From the NCBI GenBank assembly GCA_045862955.1, contig BTVI01000010.1, positions 1 through 64,000 on the forward strand: a stretch of 64,000 nucleotides of DNA, read 5' to 3'. This stretch comes from Fimbriimonadales bacterium (GTDB taxonomy: Bacteria; Armatimonadota; Fimbriimonadia; Fimbriimonadales; JABRVX01). Shown one piece after another: positions 1 to 9,127 of this stretch. The stretch's first letter is position 1; each line of letters starts with the position of its first letter. The notes below the pieces were generated by a model. It ran no database searches and was not told the origin of the DNA. It was given only the letters and a program-made list of their open reading frames with translations. A program made the position numbers and the translations under genes.

Positions 1-84
1 GTGCATGCCGCGCTCGCGGCTGCTGACCAAACCGCTCACCACTGCGTGAGGATGGGTGAGTGAGAACGTGCAGCCGTTCGGGAC

Positions 85-110
85 CGTCATGCTGAGCTTG
101 TCGAAGCATG
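85..110. repeat. REP/MITE-like repeat arm CGTCATGCTGAGCTTGTCGAAGCATG
   Basis: Matches 55045-55070 at 24/26 positions and the reverse complement of 55126-55151 at 24/26; intergenic. Confidence 0.6.
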
Positions 111-386
111 CCCTCGCTGCTGCCAAGCGGCGGACGCGGGCCGGGGCAGCGGGGGGTAGTGTCTCTCCCTCCCTCTCCCCCGTTCCCGAGCCGGGGTGGG
201 GCGGCCCTGTTGCTCGGGACGATCGTGCTCCTGGTTCGGCAAAGGAGGCGATAGGCTGTAGTATCCCTACAGGTTCCGATCCCACGTCACGACACGAACT
301 TGCCCCTCATCTGCAGCTCGGCGGCAAGACACGACGGTTGCAGGCAGGTGTGAGCGCCCGGGGGGCAGAACCCGATAGCAGAAGCA

Positions 387-1460
387 ATGCTGTTTCCATG
401 GACGGTCGCCTTCGGGTTCGCGATGGGAGCCGCGGCGGGCAGCTTCACGAACGTGCTCATCTGGAGGCTGCCGCGCGGCCAGTCCATCCGCGAGCCTCAG
501 TGGAGCTACTGCCCGAGTTGCAACAGCCGCCTCACCTTCCTCGACCTCGTGCCTCTGCTCAGCTTCCTGCTCCTCGGCGCGCGCTGTCGGCACTGCCGAA
601 AGCCGGTGCCCTGGCGCTACTTTTGGGTCGAGCTCGTTTGCGCGTCTCTCTGGGGGCTGCTGTGGTGGCAGAACATGGTCGTGGCCTGGGCCCCGGCGCC
701 GTTCCTCGCTTACGCCCTCTTCGGTACCGCCCTCGTCGCCATTGTGTGGATAGACTTCGAGCACTACATCATCCCGGACCAACTCAACGCCTGGCTGCTG
801 CTGGTGGGAGTGGCGCTGGGTGTCTACCGCCTCGCGACGCACGACCCGGCGGCTTGGGTACTCATCGGTAGCCTGCGGCTCCCCGCGTTCCTCGTGGGAG
901 CCTGGACCGGCACGCTGATCCTGTGGGGCATCGGAGCGTTCGGGCGCATCCTGTTCAGAAAAGACGCGATGGGCCACGGCGATGTGAAGATGATGCGGGG
1001 TGCCGGCGCACTGCTGCCCATGGACATGTTGCTCGCCTCCATCGGCATCGCGGTGGCGCTCGGAGCCGTGATCGGGGCAGCCATGCTCGTCTACTTGCGC
1101 GCACACCGCATGACGGAGGAAGAACCGGAGCCCGAAGGGGAGCAGGCCCCAGAGCCGCCGGAGCCCATCGCGCTCCTGCCCATCTGGTTGTTCTACTATC
1201 TGCTCTGGCTCGACTTGCTCTCTCTCTTAGCGTCCAAGGCCGGCGCCGCAGTGGATGGGTTCGTGTTGCGACTCGCCAAGAAGGTCGCGCCAGAGGCCAA
1301 TCTGGGGGAGGAAGAAGCGGAGGAGACCTTCCAGCCGAGCCCGACCACCATCGCCTTCGGCCCGTTCTTGGCGATGGGGGTTGCGGCGACGCTCCTACTG
1401 GCGCCGCAGATACGGGCGGCCATCCGTGCATACCTGAGCTGGGTCACCGGTGGTAACTAA
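387..1460 (+). CDS. pilD: Prepilin peptidase (A24 family, PilD/GspO)
   Basis: GSFTNVLIWRLP, two CxxC (CPSC, CRHC), IDFEHYIIPD and MGHGDVK catalytic Asp motifs, C-terminal IAFGPFL; multiple TM segments. Confidence 0.95.
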   Translation: MLFPWTVAFGFAMGAAAGSFTNVLIWRLPRGQSIREPQWSYCPSCNSRLTFLDLVPLLSFLLLGARCRHCRKPVPWRYFWVELVCASLWGLLWWQNMVVAWAPAPFLAYALFGTALVAIVWIDFEHYIIPDQLNAWLLLVGVALGVYRLATHDPAAWVLIGSLRLPAFLVGAWTGTLILWGIGAFGRILFRKDAMGHGDVKMMRGAGALLPMDMLLASIGIAVALGAVIGAAMLVYLRAHRMTEEEPEPEGEQAPEPPEPIALLPIWLFYYLLWLDLLSLLASKAGAAVDGFVLRLAKKVAPEANLGEEEAEETFQPSPTTIAFGPFLAMGVAATLLLAPQIRAAIRAYLSWVTGGN

Positions 1461-1493
1461 GCTTACTAGGCTGAACCGGATTCGAGCGAAGGC

Positions 1494-1502
1494 TGGTATT
1501 AT
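1494..1502 (+). promoter_or_regulatory. Putative extended -10 promoter (TGgTATTAT) for the pilin cassette
   Basis: TGn + TATTAT in the intergenic region about 165 nt upstream of the first pilin-like gene. Confidence 0.4.
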
Positions 1503-1668
1503 GCATGGGTTTGCAGCGGCGCCTGTCGGCCCAATCCAAGAAGAGAGGGCTCGCCAGGAGAAAAAGCTGCGGTCCGGTGGGAACAGCGCCCGTGTAGGTT
1601 CAGTCTAACGGGTAAGGTCCCACGGATATCCGAAATCAGTTCTCAAGAGAATGAGGGGATTCCCCAGG

Positions 1669-2445
1669 ATGAAAAGGCACGCCTTTACGCTCATAGAGCT
1701 TCTCACGGTCATTGCGATCCTTGCGATACTCGCAGCGATCATCTTCCCCGTGTATGCCCGCTCTAGGCAAGAGGCCCGAATGACGCAGTGCATGTCGAAC
1801 CTGAGCAGCATTCATTCGGCGCTGAAGCTTTACCATCAGGACTACCAGGCTTACCCGATCCTGCTAATGGGCTACGTCGAGCGGTACGCGGGCGGCGCCG
1901 TGGTCCCGCCGGATAAGCTGGTCAACTCGCCCTTGTACAAGGACCGCGTGGACACCATCGCGACGTTCAAGTGCCCGATGAACAAGACCGAACGCGGCGA
2001 TGTGGTCGTCCAGGCGGTGTACCCACGGGTCCAGCATCTCGTGAACGGGCAGTGGCGAGCCGCCAACAACCTCGCCGGGCAGATCGTCCAGTATCCCGGC
2101 GGTGGCAACGCCGAGTTCTACGCTTACGACAGCTACGACATCGGGCTGATCCGCTCGCCGGCCGATGGCTCTCCGATCTACGAGCTGCATTACATGCTGT
2201 TCTGGACGGACCTCGGGCTATCCGGCGGCGGCCGGGACGATGATCTTCGGCAGCTCGGCTACCGGTTCCCCGACGAAAACTCGATTGTGACGTGGTGCAC
2301 CTATCACCGTGACTATGGAGCACCGGGGAACACCGAGCCGAAGCGCGAGAAGGCAGATATCGTGCTGTTCCTGAACGGCGCGACGAAGAAAATGGACTCC
2401 GTGAACATGGCGCTTCGCGGATTCGGCAACGCCGAGCAGTTCTAG
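1669..2445 (+). CDS. Prepilin-type N-terminal cleavage/methylation protein (DUF1559-like pilin)
   Basis: MKRHA|FTLIELLTVIAILAILAAIIFPVYARSRQEAR..QCMSNL; C-terminal H...VLFLNG; ATG 1669 preferred, alternative start 1651. Confidence 0.85.
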   Translation: MKRHAFTLIELLTVIAILAILAAIIFPVYARSRQEARMTQCMSNLSSIHSALKLYHQDYQAYPILLMGYVERYAGGAVVPPDKLVNSPLYKDRVDTIATFKCPMNKTERGDVVVQAVYPRVQHLVNGQWRAANNLAGQIVQYPGGGNAEFYAYDSYDIGLIRSPADGSPIYELHYMLFWTDLGLSGGGRDDDLRQLGYRFPDENSIVTWCTYHRDYGAPGNTEPKREKADIVLFLNGATKKMDSVNMALRGFGNAEQF

Positions 2446-2513
2446 CCACGGCCCGCGCGACTGGGCCGGCGACCTGTTGCCCGATCTGGAAGAGGATTGG
2501 GCTGAGGACGAAT

Positions 2514-4427
2514 GTGAGTGGACATATGTGGAAACGGCGGATAGGCGGCGCCTCGCTGGTCGAGGTGCTGGTGGTGATCGTGATCCTGGTAGTCGGGATC
2601 TTCAGCATCGTGCGCTTGTTTCCGGGCGGCTTTCTCGTTCTCGAGCGCGGTAAAGAGCAAGCGATGGCCGCGCAGCTCAACAAGCAGATGCTGGAGCGGC
2701 TGAAGGGGCGGCTGGAGAACCTGCCCGAGGGCATCTACCCCGTAAAGTACACCCTCGTCGGCGGCCGGCTGGTGCTCGAAGTAGACCCCGAGACGCGGCC
2801 GGACGACCTCGGCTACTGGGAGACCGATGACCCGAATCTGATGGGGCAGATCGACCCCCACTACACCAGCGACGTCAATCGGATCCGTCGCATCGTGGGC
2901 GAGAGCCTTCGAATCCCCGCGCCCAAACCCGTCGGTTCGGACTCGACGGACCCCCGGTACATCGGCGGCCTGTACCAAGTGCAATTCGCGCCGATTCTCT
3001 ACGACCCGAGGGTGTTCGTCGTGTACAGCACGCCGCTGCAGCGGCGGTGGGTTAGCCGAAACAGCCACACCGATCCAGTTCCCATCGGTCGCGTTCGCCG
3101 AATGGTACAAGAGTATTACCTGGACCCGAACCTGGGCGCGATCTGGCTTCCGGTCTCGCCGACGCAGAACATCACGTACAAGGTGGATGTGTCTGTGTGG
3201 GTCGTGGCGAACGGACGGTTCGAGCGTCACGACTACATCGACATCCCGCTGACCACCGATCCCAGCATGCTGGTGAGTGCGGACGATTTCTTCCCGCCGC
3301 CGCCTGCCCTGAACGCGATCACCGGCATCGACCTCAAGCCTTTGATCGTGCAGTCGGGTGAGGAGTTCCACTCCATCATCTGGAACTCCGTGCGCGTAGC
3401 GCGGACCTTCTCGGAAATCCCGGTCGACGCCGACTGGAACCCAGACGATCCGTATCAGTACAAGATGTTGAACTACTCGCTGGGGTTGGTGCTCTTCAAC
3501 CCGGCAGGATACGACTTCCGGGAGCTACGCAATCGGCAGATGGTGCCGCTGCAGGCAACGTTCAACTACGACGTTCTGGACTGGCACATCATCGTAGATG
3601 AGCGGCGTGTAGGCGACAGAGCCCCGTACAATGTGAAGCTGACGCTGGACCGCATCAAGCGGATCGGAGATCTCAACAACGACAATACACGCTTCCAAGG
3701 CATCAACCTGCAGTTCGACGGCCGCGATCACGATGTACTCATCGTAGACGTCGCGGACGGTTCGGTGATCGTGAATCGTCCGAACCGGCAATCCTTCGAC
3801 TTCGATGCTCTCAAGGGCATCGTGCGGCTCGCCGACGAAGTGTTGGTTCTGAGGCCTGACAGCACGGAAGAGCTACGATCCCCGGCAGGTCGTACCTACC
3901 GGTTCATGTACATGGGGCACGATGACTGGGGCGTGCAGGTCCAGAAAGCTCCTGCTACCTACAACATCGTGTACGGGCTGCCTGCATCGAGGAATCTGGG
4001 CATTCGTCAGGCGTATGTACCGAGCGACCGCCCAGGAACACGCATCTACTTCCCCCAGTGCGACCTCGGCAAGCGTGTGGTGGTCCAGGAGTATCGCTAC
4101 ATCGACCGTAATGGTAGCAGGCAGGTGGGACGCAGCGAGGACTTCGTGATCCTGGCACCGCGGGCGGGCGACGACATTCAGCTTCCATACATAGACATCG
4201 CAGACGATGCGCACCATCCGGATGCCGACCGATTCGACTTCGAGAGCACCGGAAGCCCCGTGGACGCCATCACCGGCGTGTCGCTGAAAGTGCGCGTGGT
4301 GTGGGCGCCCACTCAGAGAGAACGCTCGGCAGAAGCGCGCGCCAACTCCTACCCGAACTTGCGGTTCCTGCCCATGTGGCGCAAGATAGATTTCGATACC
4401 CATCTCACGAGGGAAGTGGCGGACTGA
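2514..4427 (+). CDS. Large minor-pilin-like protein (PilV-like N-terminus), 637 aa
   Basis: KRRIGG|ASLVEVLVVIVILVVGIFSIV class III signal with E5; remainder beta-rich. Confidence 0.75.
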   Translation: MSGHMWKRRIGGASLVEVLVVIVILVVGIFSIVRLFPGGFLVLERGKEQAMAAQLNKQMLERLKGRLENLPEGIYPVKYTLVGGRLVLEVDPETRPDDLGYWETDDPNLMGQIDPHYTSDVNRIRRIVGESLRIPAPKPVGSDSTDPRYIGGLYQVQFAPILYDPRVFVVYSTPLQRRWVSRNSHTDPVPIGRVRRMVQEYYLDPNLGAIWLPVSPTQNITYKVDVSVWVVANGRFERHDYIDIPLTTDPSMLVSADDFFPPPPALNAITGIDLKPLIVQSGEEFHSIIWNSVRVARTFSEIPVDADWNPDDPYQYKMLNYSLGLVLFNPAGYDFRELRNRQMVPLQATFNYDVLDWHIIVDERRVGDRAPYNVKLTLDRIKRIGDLNNDNTRFQGINLQFDGRDHDVLIVDVADGSVIVNRPNRQSFDFDALKGIVRLADEVLVLRPDSTEELRSPAGRTYRFMYMGHDDWGVQVQKAPATYNIVYGLPASRNLGIRQAYVPSDRPGTRIYFPQCDLGKRVVVQEYRYIDRNGSRQVGRSEDFVILAPRAGDDIQLPYIDIADDAHHPDADRFDFESTGSPVDAITGVSLKVRVVWAPTQRERSAEARANSYPNLRFLPMWRKIDFDTHLTREVAD

Positions 4428-6382
4428 TGATAGGCATTCGCAGTCACCGCTTGGCCCGGTCCGGCTTTACGATGGTGGAGATCCTGGTGGTGCTCGCCAT
4501 CACGTCGGTGCTGATGCTGCTCGTATTCGGGCCAATGATCCAGTCCTTCAACACGACGCGCTCGGCGCAGGCGGAGTCGGAAGCGCAGGACCTGGCACGA
4601 CGCCTGATCGAACAGATATCTACCGATCTGGCGAATGCCACCTATGTGCGCGATAACAGCGCCCCCGAGGCCTCGATCGACATCGTGCTTCCTAACTCGC
4701 TGTTCGCTACCAACCGACCCGAGAGCCAGCGGATCCTGCGCTTGCCGTATGCGAAGATCGACTTCTTCCCCCCTGCTCAGGGCGATCCGACCAACCCGGA
4801 ATACAACCCCTACATAGACAAGACCGACCCGACACTGAGAAACCGCGCGCCCATCGGCAAGCTGGCTCTGCCGCTTGCACGCGGCGTGTCCATGGTCCGC
4901 TACTTCGTCGGTCTGGCCGATCCTTTCTCCGAGTATCGCAACTCCAACGAGGACCGCTTCGCTGTTGCTGGCAGGTCGGACAACACGTTCGTGTTGTATC
5001 GCGCCGAGATCGTCCCGAGACTGGCCGATGGTAGTGTCAATACGGACTTCTTCGAGGTCGGTCCCGATGGGCAACCGCTGCTGGATGACCCCTTGTTCTT
5101 CACGGTACTGCAGAACGACTCTCAGGAAAAGCGGGATCGGGTCGCCAACTGGTTGCGCGCATCACAGGTGATCACGCCGGTGGACCGCGTAGACCTCATC
5201 CAAATCGTTCGGGACCCGAAGTCGCGCGAACCCGTGTTCGACGACTCGGGGCGGCCACAGGTGCTGTCACTGCTAACTATGCAACCCTCGAAGGTGGACG
5301 ACGAACCTGCGTCGCCGTTCAACACTACCAGCTTGGGGGAAGAGTTCCCGGAGAAGACCCCCTCTGGTTTTCGCACCAAGAGTGGCGGCTGGACGGAGAC
5401 CTATCGAATTACCGTTTGGCGTGACGCTCCGGTGGGATCCCAGGACGTGTATTGGACCGAGGACGAGATGCGAAACGGGCGCTGGGTCAAGACCGTGTGG
5501 CATCGGTATCCTACGGGCGGCTCGGGCACTGCGCAGGAGCGCGTGTTCGACCTGACGGAATACATGGACGGCCTGCAGCGCGGCAACCCGAGACTGGATT
5601 GGGCAATCCAGCCGGGCATAACATCGGACCCTATGGCTTTCGTGGTGGACCCGGTCTCGGGCAAGATCGTGACTAGCCTGCCGAGAGAGCATTTCAATCC
5701 CGATGGTACGGAATGGCTACCCAGCACAGGTCCCGCGCTCACGTATCTGCAGGATGCGAATCCCGACCCGACGACTATCAACGGTGCGCTCAACTATCAG
5801 TATCGCAGGTACCCGCAGTGGGGACGCAGGATCGAGCGGTTCGTGCGCATTCGGGACGATGCCACCTCGGTGGTTCGCGGCGATCCGGACTCGCCGCTGT
5901 CCCTTTGGTCGAGCGCATCGATCGTGCCCGGATCGGAGAAGGTGTTCGGTCCCGACCAGAGGCCAGGTCCGAACTATGGGAACACCATCCTCTATCGCCG
6001 CGTGCCGGCGTTGGATGCCGAGCCCGGGCCGAACGAGTATCGTATCAACTACACGGACTTGCCGTATGACCCAGCCGCACTGGCCGCCATCGGGTTCAAT
6101 GTGAACGATCCGGACGTCAAGGCGTTCATCCTGCCACGGTTCGAGGCTGGCTACATCAAGTTCTACTCGGACCCTAACTATCCGATGCCCGCCGGAAGCA
6201 ATAACATCCGGATCACCTACCACTTCCAGCTCAACCGGCGCGGCGACGTGTTCACCGTGGATTACGCAACCAAGGAAGTGGTGTTGGTGTCACTGTCGAT
6301 CCGGCGCTATGATGCGGCCAGAGGTCGCCCACACATGGTGAGCCTGACCAACCGCGTTTCCGTGCGCAACTTCCTAAAGTAG
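4427..6382 (+). CDS. Large minor-pilin-like protein (PilW/GspJ-like N-terminus), 651 aa
   Basis: RLARSG|FTMVEILVVLAITSVLMLLVF; ATG 4427 overlaps the upstream stop (TGATG). Confidence 0.78.
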   Translation: MIGIRSHRLARSGFTMVEILVVLAITSVLMLLVFGPMIQSFNTTRSAQAESEAQDLARRLIEQISTDLANATYVRDNSAPEASIDIVLPNSLFATNRPESQRILRLPYAKIDFFPPAQGDPTNPEYNPYIDKTDPTLRNRAPIGKLALPLARGVSMVRYFVGLADPFSEYRNSNEDRFAVAGRSDNTFVLYRAEIVPRLADGSVNTDFFEVGPDGQPLLDDPLFFTVLQNDSQEKRDRVANWLRASQVITPVDRVDLIQIVRDPKSREPVFDDSGRPQVLSLLTMQPSKVDDEPASPFNTTSLGEEFPEKTPSGFRTKSGGWTETYRITVWRDAPVGSQDVYWTEDEMRNGRWVKTVWHRYPTGGSGTAQERVFDLTEYMDGLQRGNPRLDWAIQPGITSDPMAFVVDPVSGKIVTSLPREHFNPDGTEWLPSTGPALTYLQDANPDPTTINGALNYQYRRYPQWGRRIERFVRIRDDATSVVRGDPDSPLSLWSSASIVPGSEKVFGPDQRPGPNYGNTILYRRVPALDAEPGPNEYRINYTDLPYDPAALAAIGFNVNDPDVKAFILPRFEAGYIKFYSDPNYPMPAGSNNIRITYHFQLNRRGDVFTVDYATKEVVLVSLSIRRYDAARGRPHMVSLTNRVSVRNFLK

Positions 6383-6394
6383 TAGCCGCGAGGA

Positions 6395-9127
6395 GTGAGT
6401 CCGACTATGACAGCCAGTGGAATAAGAGCCGATCGAGGACAGACGCTGATCATAGCGCTGTTCGTGGTGTTCGTTATGCTGTTCCTCGGACTCGTGTTCG
6501 TGGGCATCATCGGGCGAAACCTGTTCTATGCCCAGCGTAATACGCAGTCCATCTCCGCCGAGAACTTCGCAGAGAGCGGCATCCGCTATGCGCACATGAT
6601 GCTCCGAACCAGCCCCGAGGGTGCGGATTGGCGTCCTGTCCCCGCCAACCTTCCGCCGACTCAGCAGGACGACCCGGACTACCTATGGCTTCGGGCGCCC
6701 GATCCGAACATACCGAACGACTTCGGCGGGCCACCCCGCGGACCGGGGGACCCAGGCGGCGACGGCTCCTTCACCCGACTCAACTTCGATCAGGGGCGCG
6801 CGTTGATACGGCTGACGTACGCACCCAAGCCCGACGATCCACTATCGCGTTACATCAAGATCGAGTCGGTCGGGCGCATCGGCGAGATCCGACCCAACGA
6901 CCCCACGATGAAACGCGGTGTAACTGCGCGAACCTTCCGCCTAAAGGTCGCCTACGCGATGATAGGGATCACCGACTACGCTCGGTTCATCACGAACCTC
7001 GACCGCAAGCCGCAGCCGGCAGACCTCGGCATCCCTGTCAACTTCGGTGCGATGTTCGGCGCAGGTCAGGTGTCAGTGCCTATGTTCCTCGGCGATCCGA
7101 CTGCCTACTCGCAGTTCGTCGGAGGGCTGCAGACGCGCTCCTACGGTGGACCTTTGCGGGTGAACTCGGGCCTGCGCATCTGGGGTGACCTACGTATCTA
7201 CCTCAACCCGGATTTCGGCGACAAGGTGGAGGTCGCGGGTGACATCGAGTTCGCGACGGCGGGTTCGTCGGGGCGGCTGCTTCGCCACGACATAATGGGC
7301 CCCATCCCGATGCAGCGTAGTGCAAGCCCCGTCTTCAATACGTATCAGGGAATGGTTCGAGACGGTCGGCGACAGTCTGACACACAGAACTACCCGCGCG
7401 GCATCGAGTACCTCGATCCACCTATCATCAATGAAGTGGACGGAGTGGGGCGGGAGCGGTATCTCGCGGCAACACGTCACACCGGACTGTGGATTCGTGG
7501 AGCCGACGGACGCTACTTCAACACGGGTGATCTGGGATATGGCGAAGGCGTCTATATAGATAACACGGGGGATCGACAAGAAGACGTAACCTCGTTCGCC
7601 GGTGGACGCAGCTTGCGCAATGAGTGGCTGAAGCCCAACGTGGATAGCCCCTACTGGCAGGGACCGTACTACGTGCCTCCCGGCTGCTATATCCAACTGA
7701 TACCGGCGACACCGCAGGTCCCAGGCGGTTTCCGCATCATACGTAACATCCGGGACGACGGACAGCGCTGGCGCACCCCGCTCAACGAGCCCACGCCGCG
7801 CTATTCCCTTCGCTTCTTCATTGAGAAGGATCCGAACAGCCCGACTGGCGCGATCATCTGGAACGAACTGGGGGGACGTCAGGCGGCAACGACTTTCAAT
7901 GGTGTCATATACGCGGAGGGCAATGTCCGCGTGCGCGGCATCATCCCTGCAGGGCACCAAATCACGATTGTCAGTGGTGGGACCATCTACATCGAAGGGA
8001 GCATCATCAAGGGGCGGCTCGCCAACGAAGGGATTGGGGAGGAGTCGTGCGCACTGGCCCTCTTGGCGAAGGACTACGTGTGTCTCAATACCACGCAGTT
8101 CATCGGTCCTGCGTTCGACACGCCACTCAACTTCGAGCCCGACGCCCTGGATGTGATCGCCCCGTATCACGTTACCGTCGAGCAGAACCGACCGTTCAAC
8201 GCGATCTGGGAATTCGGCGAGGACCCAGCACAATACACAGGAAGCGGAAGGCACCCGAGGCTGTATGTCCGACACGCAGGACAATCGGGTGGTGCCGCAT
8301 TCATCAACCTGCTCGTCAACTATGGTCTGAACCCTTCGGGCTCGGAGTACCTGTTCGACAACGCACCGCCGAACTATGCCGGTGTGTTCTACGGGACGCA
8401 GCAGAAGATTCCGACGTATGGCCTCGCCGACGCCGCAACGCAAATCTTCCCGCGGTACGAGCATCGTTCGTTCGGCCTGGCGCCACCGTCGGACTACGGC
8501 GGTTACCCACTGCTGACAAACGGCGAGCTGAACACTATGACCTTCCAGAGCGATGCTCGGATCGCGTCTCGGGGAGGTAACCGGCCGTACTTCCTGAGCC
8601 GCCTCGCCATCCAACCGATGGATGTTCGCATCGAGGCGCTGATGTACGCGCAAAGCGGCTCGTTCTTCGTCATCCCTGGGCCTTGGTTCAATGCGAACCC
8701 GAACGATAGGCGCGAGCTATACTCCAACGAGCTGGCACGTCTCAACGCCTTCGGCGCCTATGCGGACTTTCCGTTCTATGCGGAGCCGTTGGACATCAAG
8801 GTGACGATTCGCGGAGCGGTCGCTGAGAACTTCCCTCCACCCATCGCAGACCAGACAGAGTGGTTGCAGCGGTGGGGCTGGATTCCGAAGGAGTACGGCG
8901 AGTCGGGTGTTACCATTCCGGACCAGCACGTTCCGGCAGATTTCCAGAACCGAAGTTACGTCCCGAACCTCTACATCGTCTACGACACGACCTTCGCCTC
9001 GGCACGTCCCGCCGGACTGTTCGCACGCGATCCGATGCGGGTTGATCGCTACGGCCGAATGCTGCCAGCCGTCCCTCGGCTGCCCGTAAGCCCGAGGCTC
9101 CTGTACTTTGGTGAGGTGCGTCCATGA
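6395..9127 (+). CDS. Large minor-pilin-like protein (PilX/GspK-like N-terminus), 910 aa
   Basis: RADRG|QTLIIALFVVFVMLFLGLVF lacks E5, as is typical of PilX/GspK; AENFAESGIRYA and IKIESVG motifs; later GVIYAEGNVRVRG...TIVSGGTIYIEG beta-solenoid-like segment. Confidence 0.75.
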   Translation: MSPTMTASGIRADRGQTLIIALFVVFVMLFLGLVFVGIIGRNLFYAQRNTQSISAENFAESGIRYAHMMLRTSPEGADWRPVPANLPPTQQDDPDYLWLRAPDPNIPNDFGGPPRGPGDPGGDGSFTRLNFDQGRALIRLTYAPKPDDPLSRYIKIESVGRIGEIRPNDPTMKRGVTARTFRLKVAYAMIGITDYARFITNLDRKPQPADLGIPVNFGAMFGAGQVSVPMFLGDPTAYSQFVGGLQTRSYGGPLRVNSGLRIWGDLRIYLNPDFGDKVEVAGDIEFATAGSSGRLLRHDIMGPIPMQRSASPVFNTYQGMVRDGRRQSDTQNYPRGIEYLDPPIINEVDGVGRERYLAATRHTGLWIRGADGRYFNTGDLGYGEGVYIDNTGDRQEDVTSFAGGRSLRNEWLKPNVDSPYWQGPYYVPPGCYIQLIPATPQVPGGFRIIRNIRDDGQRWRTPLNEPTPRYSLRFFIEKDPNSPTGAIIWNELGGRQAATTFNGVIYAEGNVRVRGIIPAGHQITIVSGGTIYIEGSIIKGRLANEGIGEESCALALLAKDYVCLNTTQFIGPAFDTPLNFEPDALDVIAPYHVTVEQNRPFNAIWEFGEDPAQYTGSGRHPRLYVRHAGQSGGAAFINLLVNYGLNPSGSEYLFDNAPPNYAGVFYGTQQKIPTYGLADAATQIFPRYEHRSFGLAPPSDYGGYPLLTNGELNTMTFQSDARIASRGGNRPYFLSRLAIQPMDVRIEALMYAQSGSFFVIPGPWFNANPNDRRELYSNELARLNAFGAYADFPFYAEPLDIKVTIRGAVAENFPPPIADQTEWLQRWGWIPKEYGESGVTIPDQHVPADFQNRSYVPNLYIVYDTTFASARPAGLFARDPMRVDRYGRMLPAVPRLPVSPRLLYFGEVRP

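Noticed and set aside
56..871. 271-aa ORF overlapping pilD
   Set aside because: Runs through repeat-rich intergenic DNA and out of frame over pilD; not protein-like
4301..4426. Upstream extensions in the ORF track (also 13723, 20192, 34736, 37398, 60488)
   Set aside because: Downstream starts fit RBS, stop-start overlaps and signal peptides better
7190..8653. Long antisense ORFs (this 487-aa one, also 23364-24707, 33052-34344, 50205-51287)
   Set aside because: Shadow frames expected opposite real genes in GC-rich DNA; no recognisable motifs
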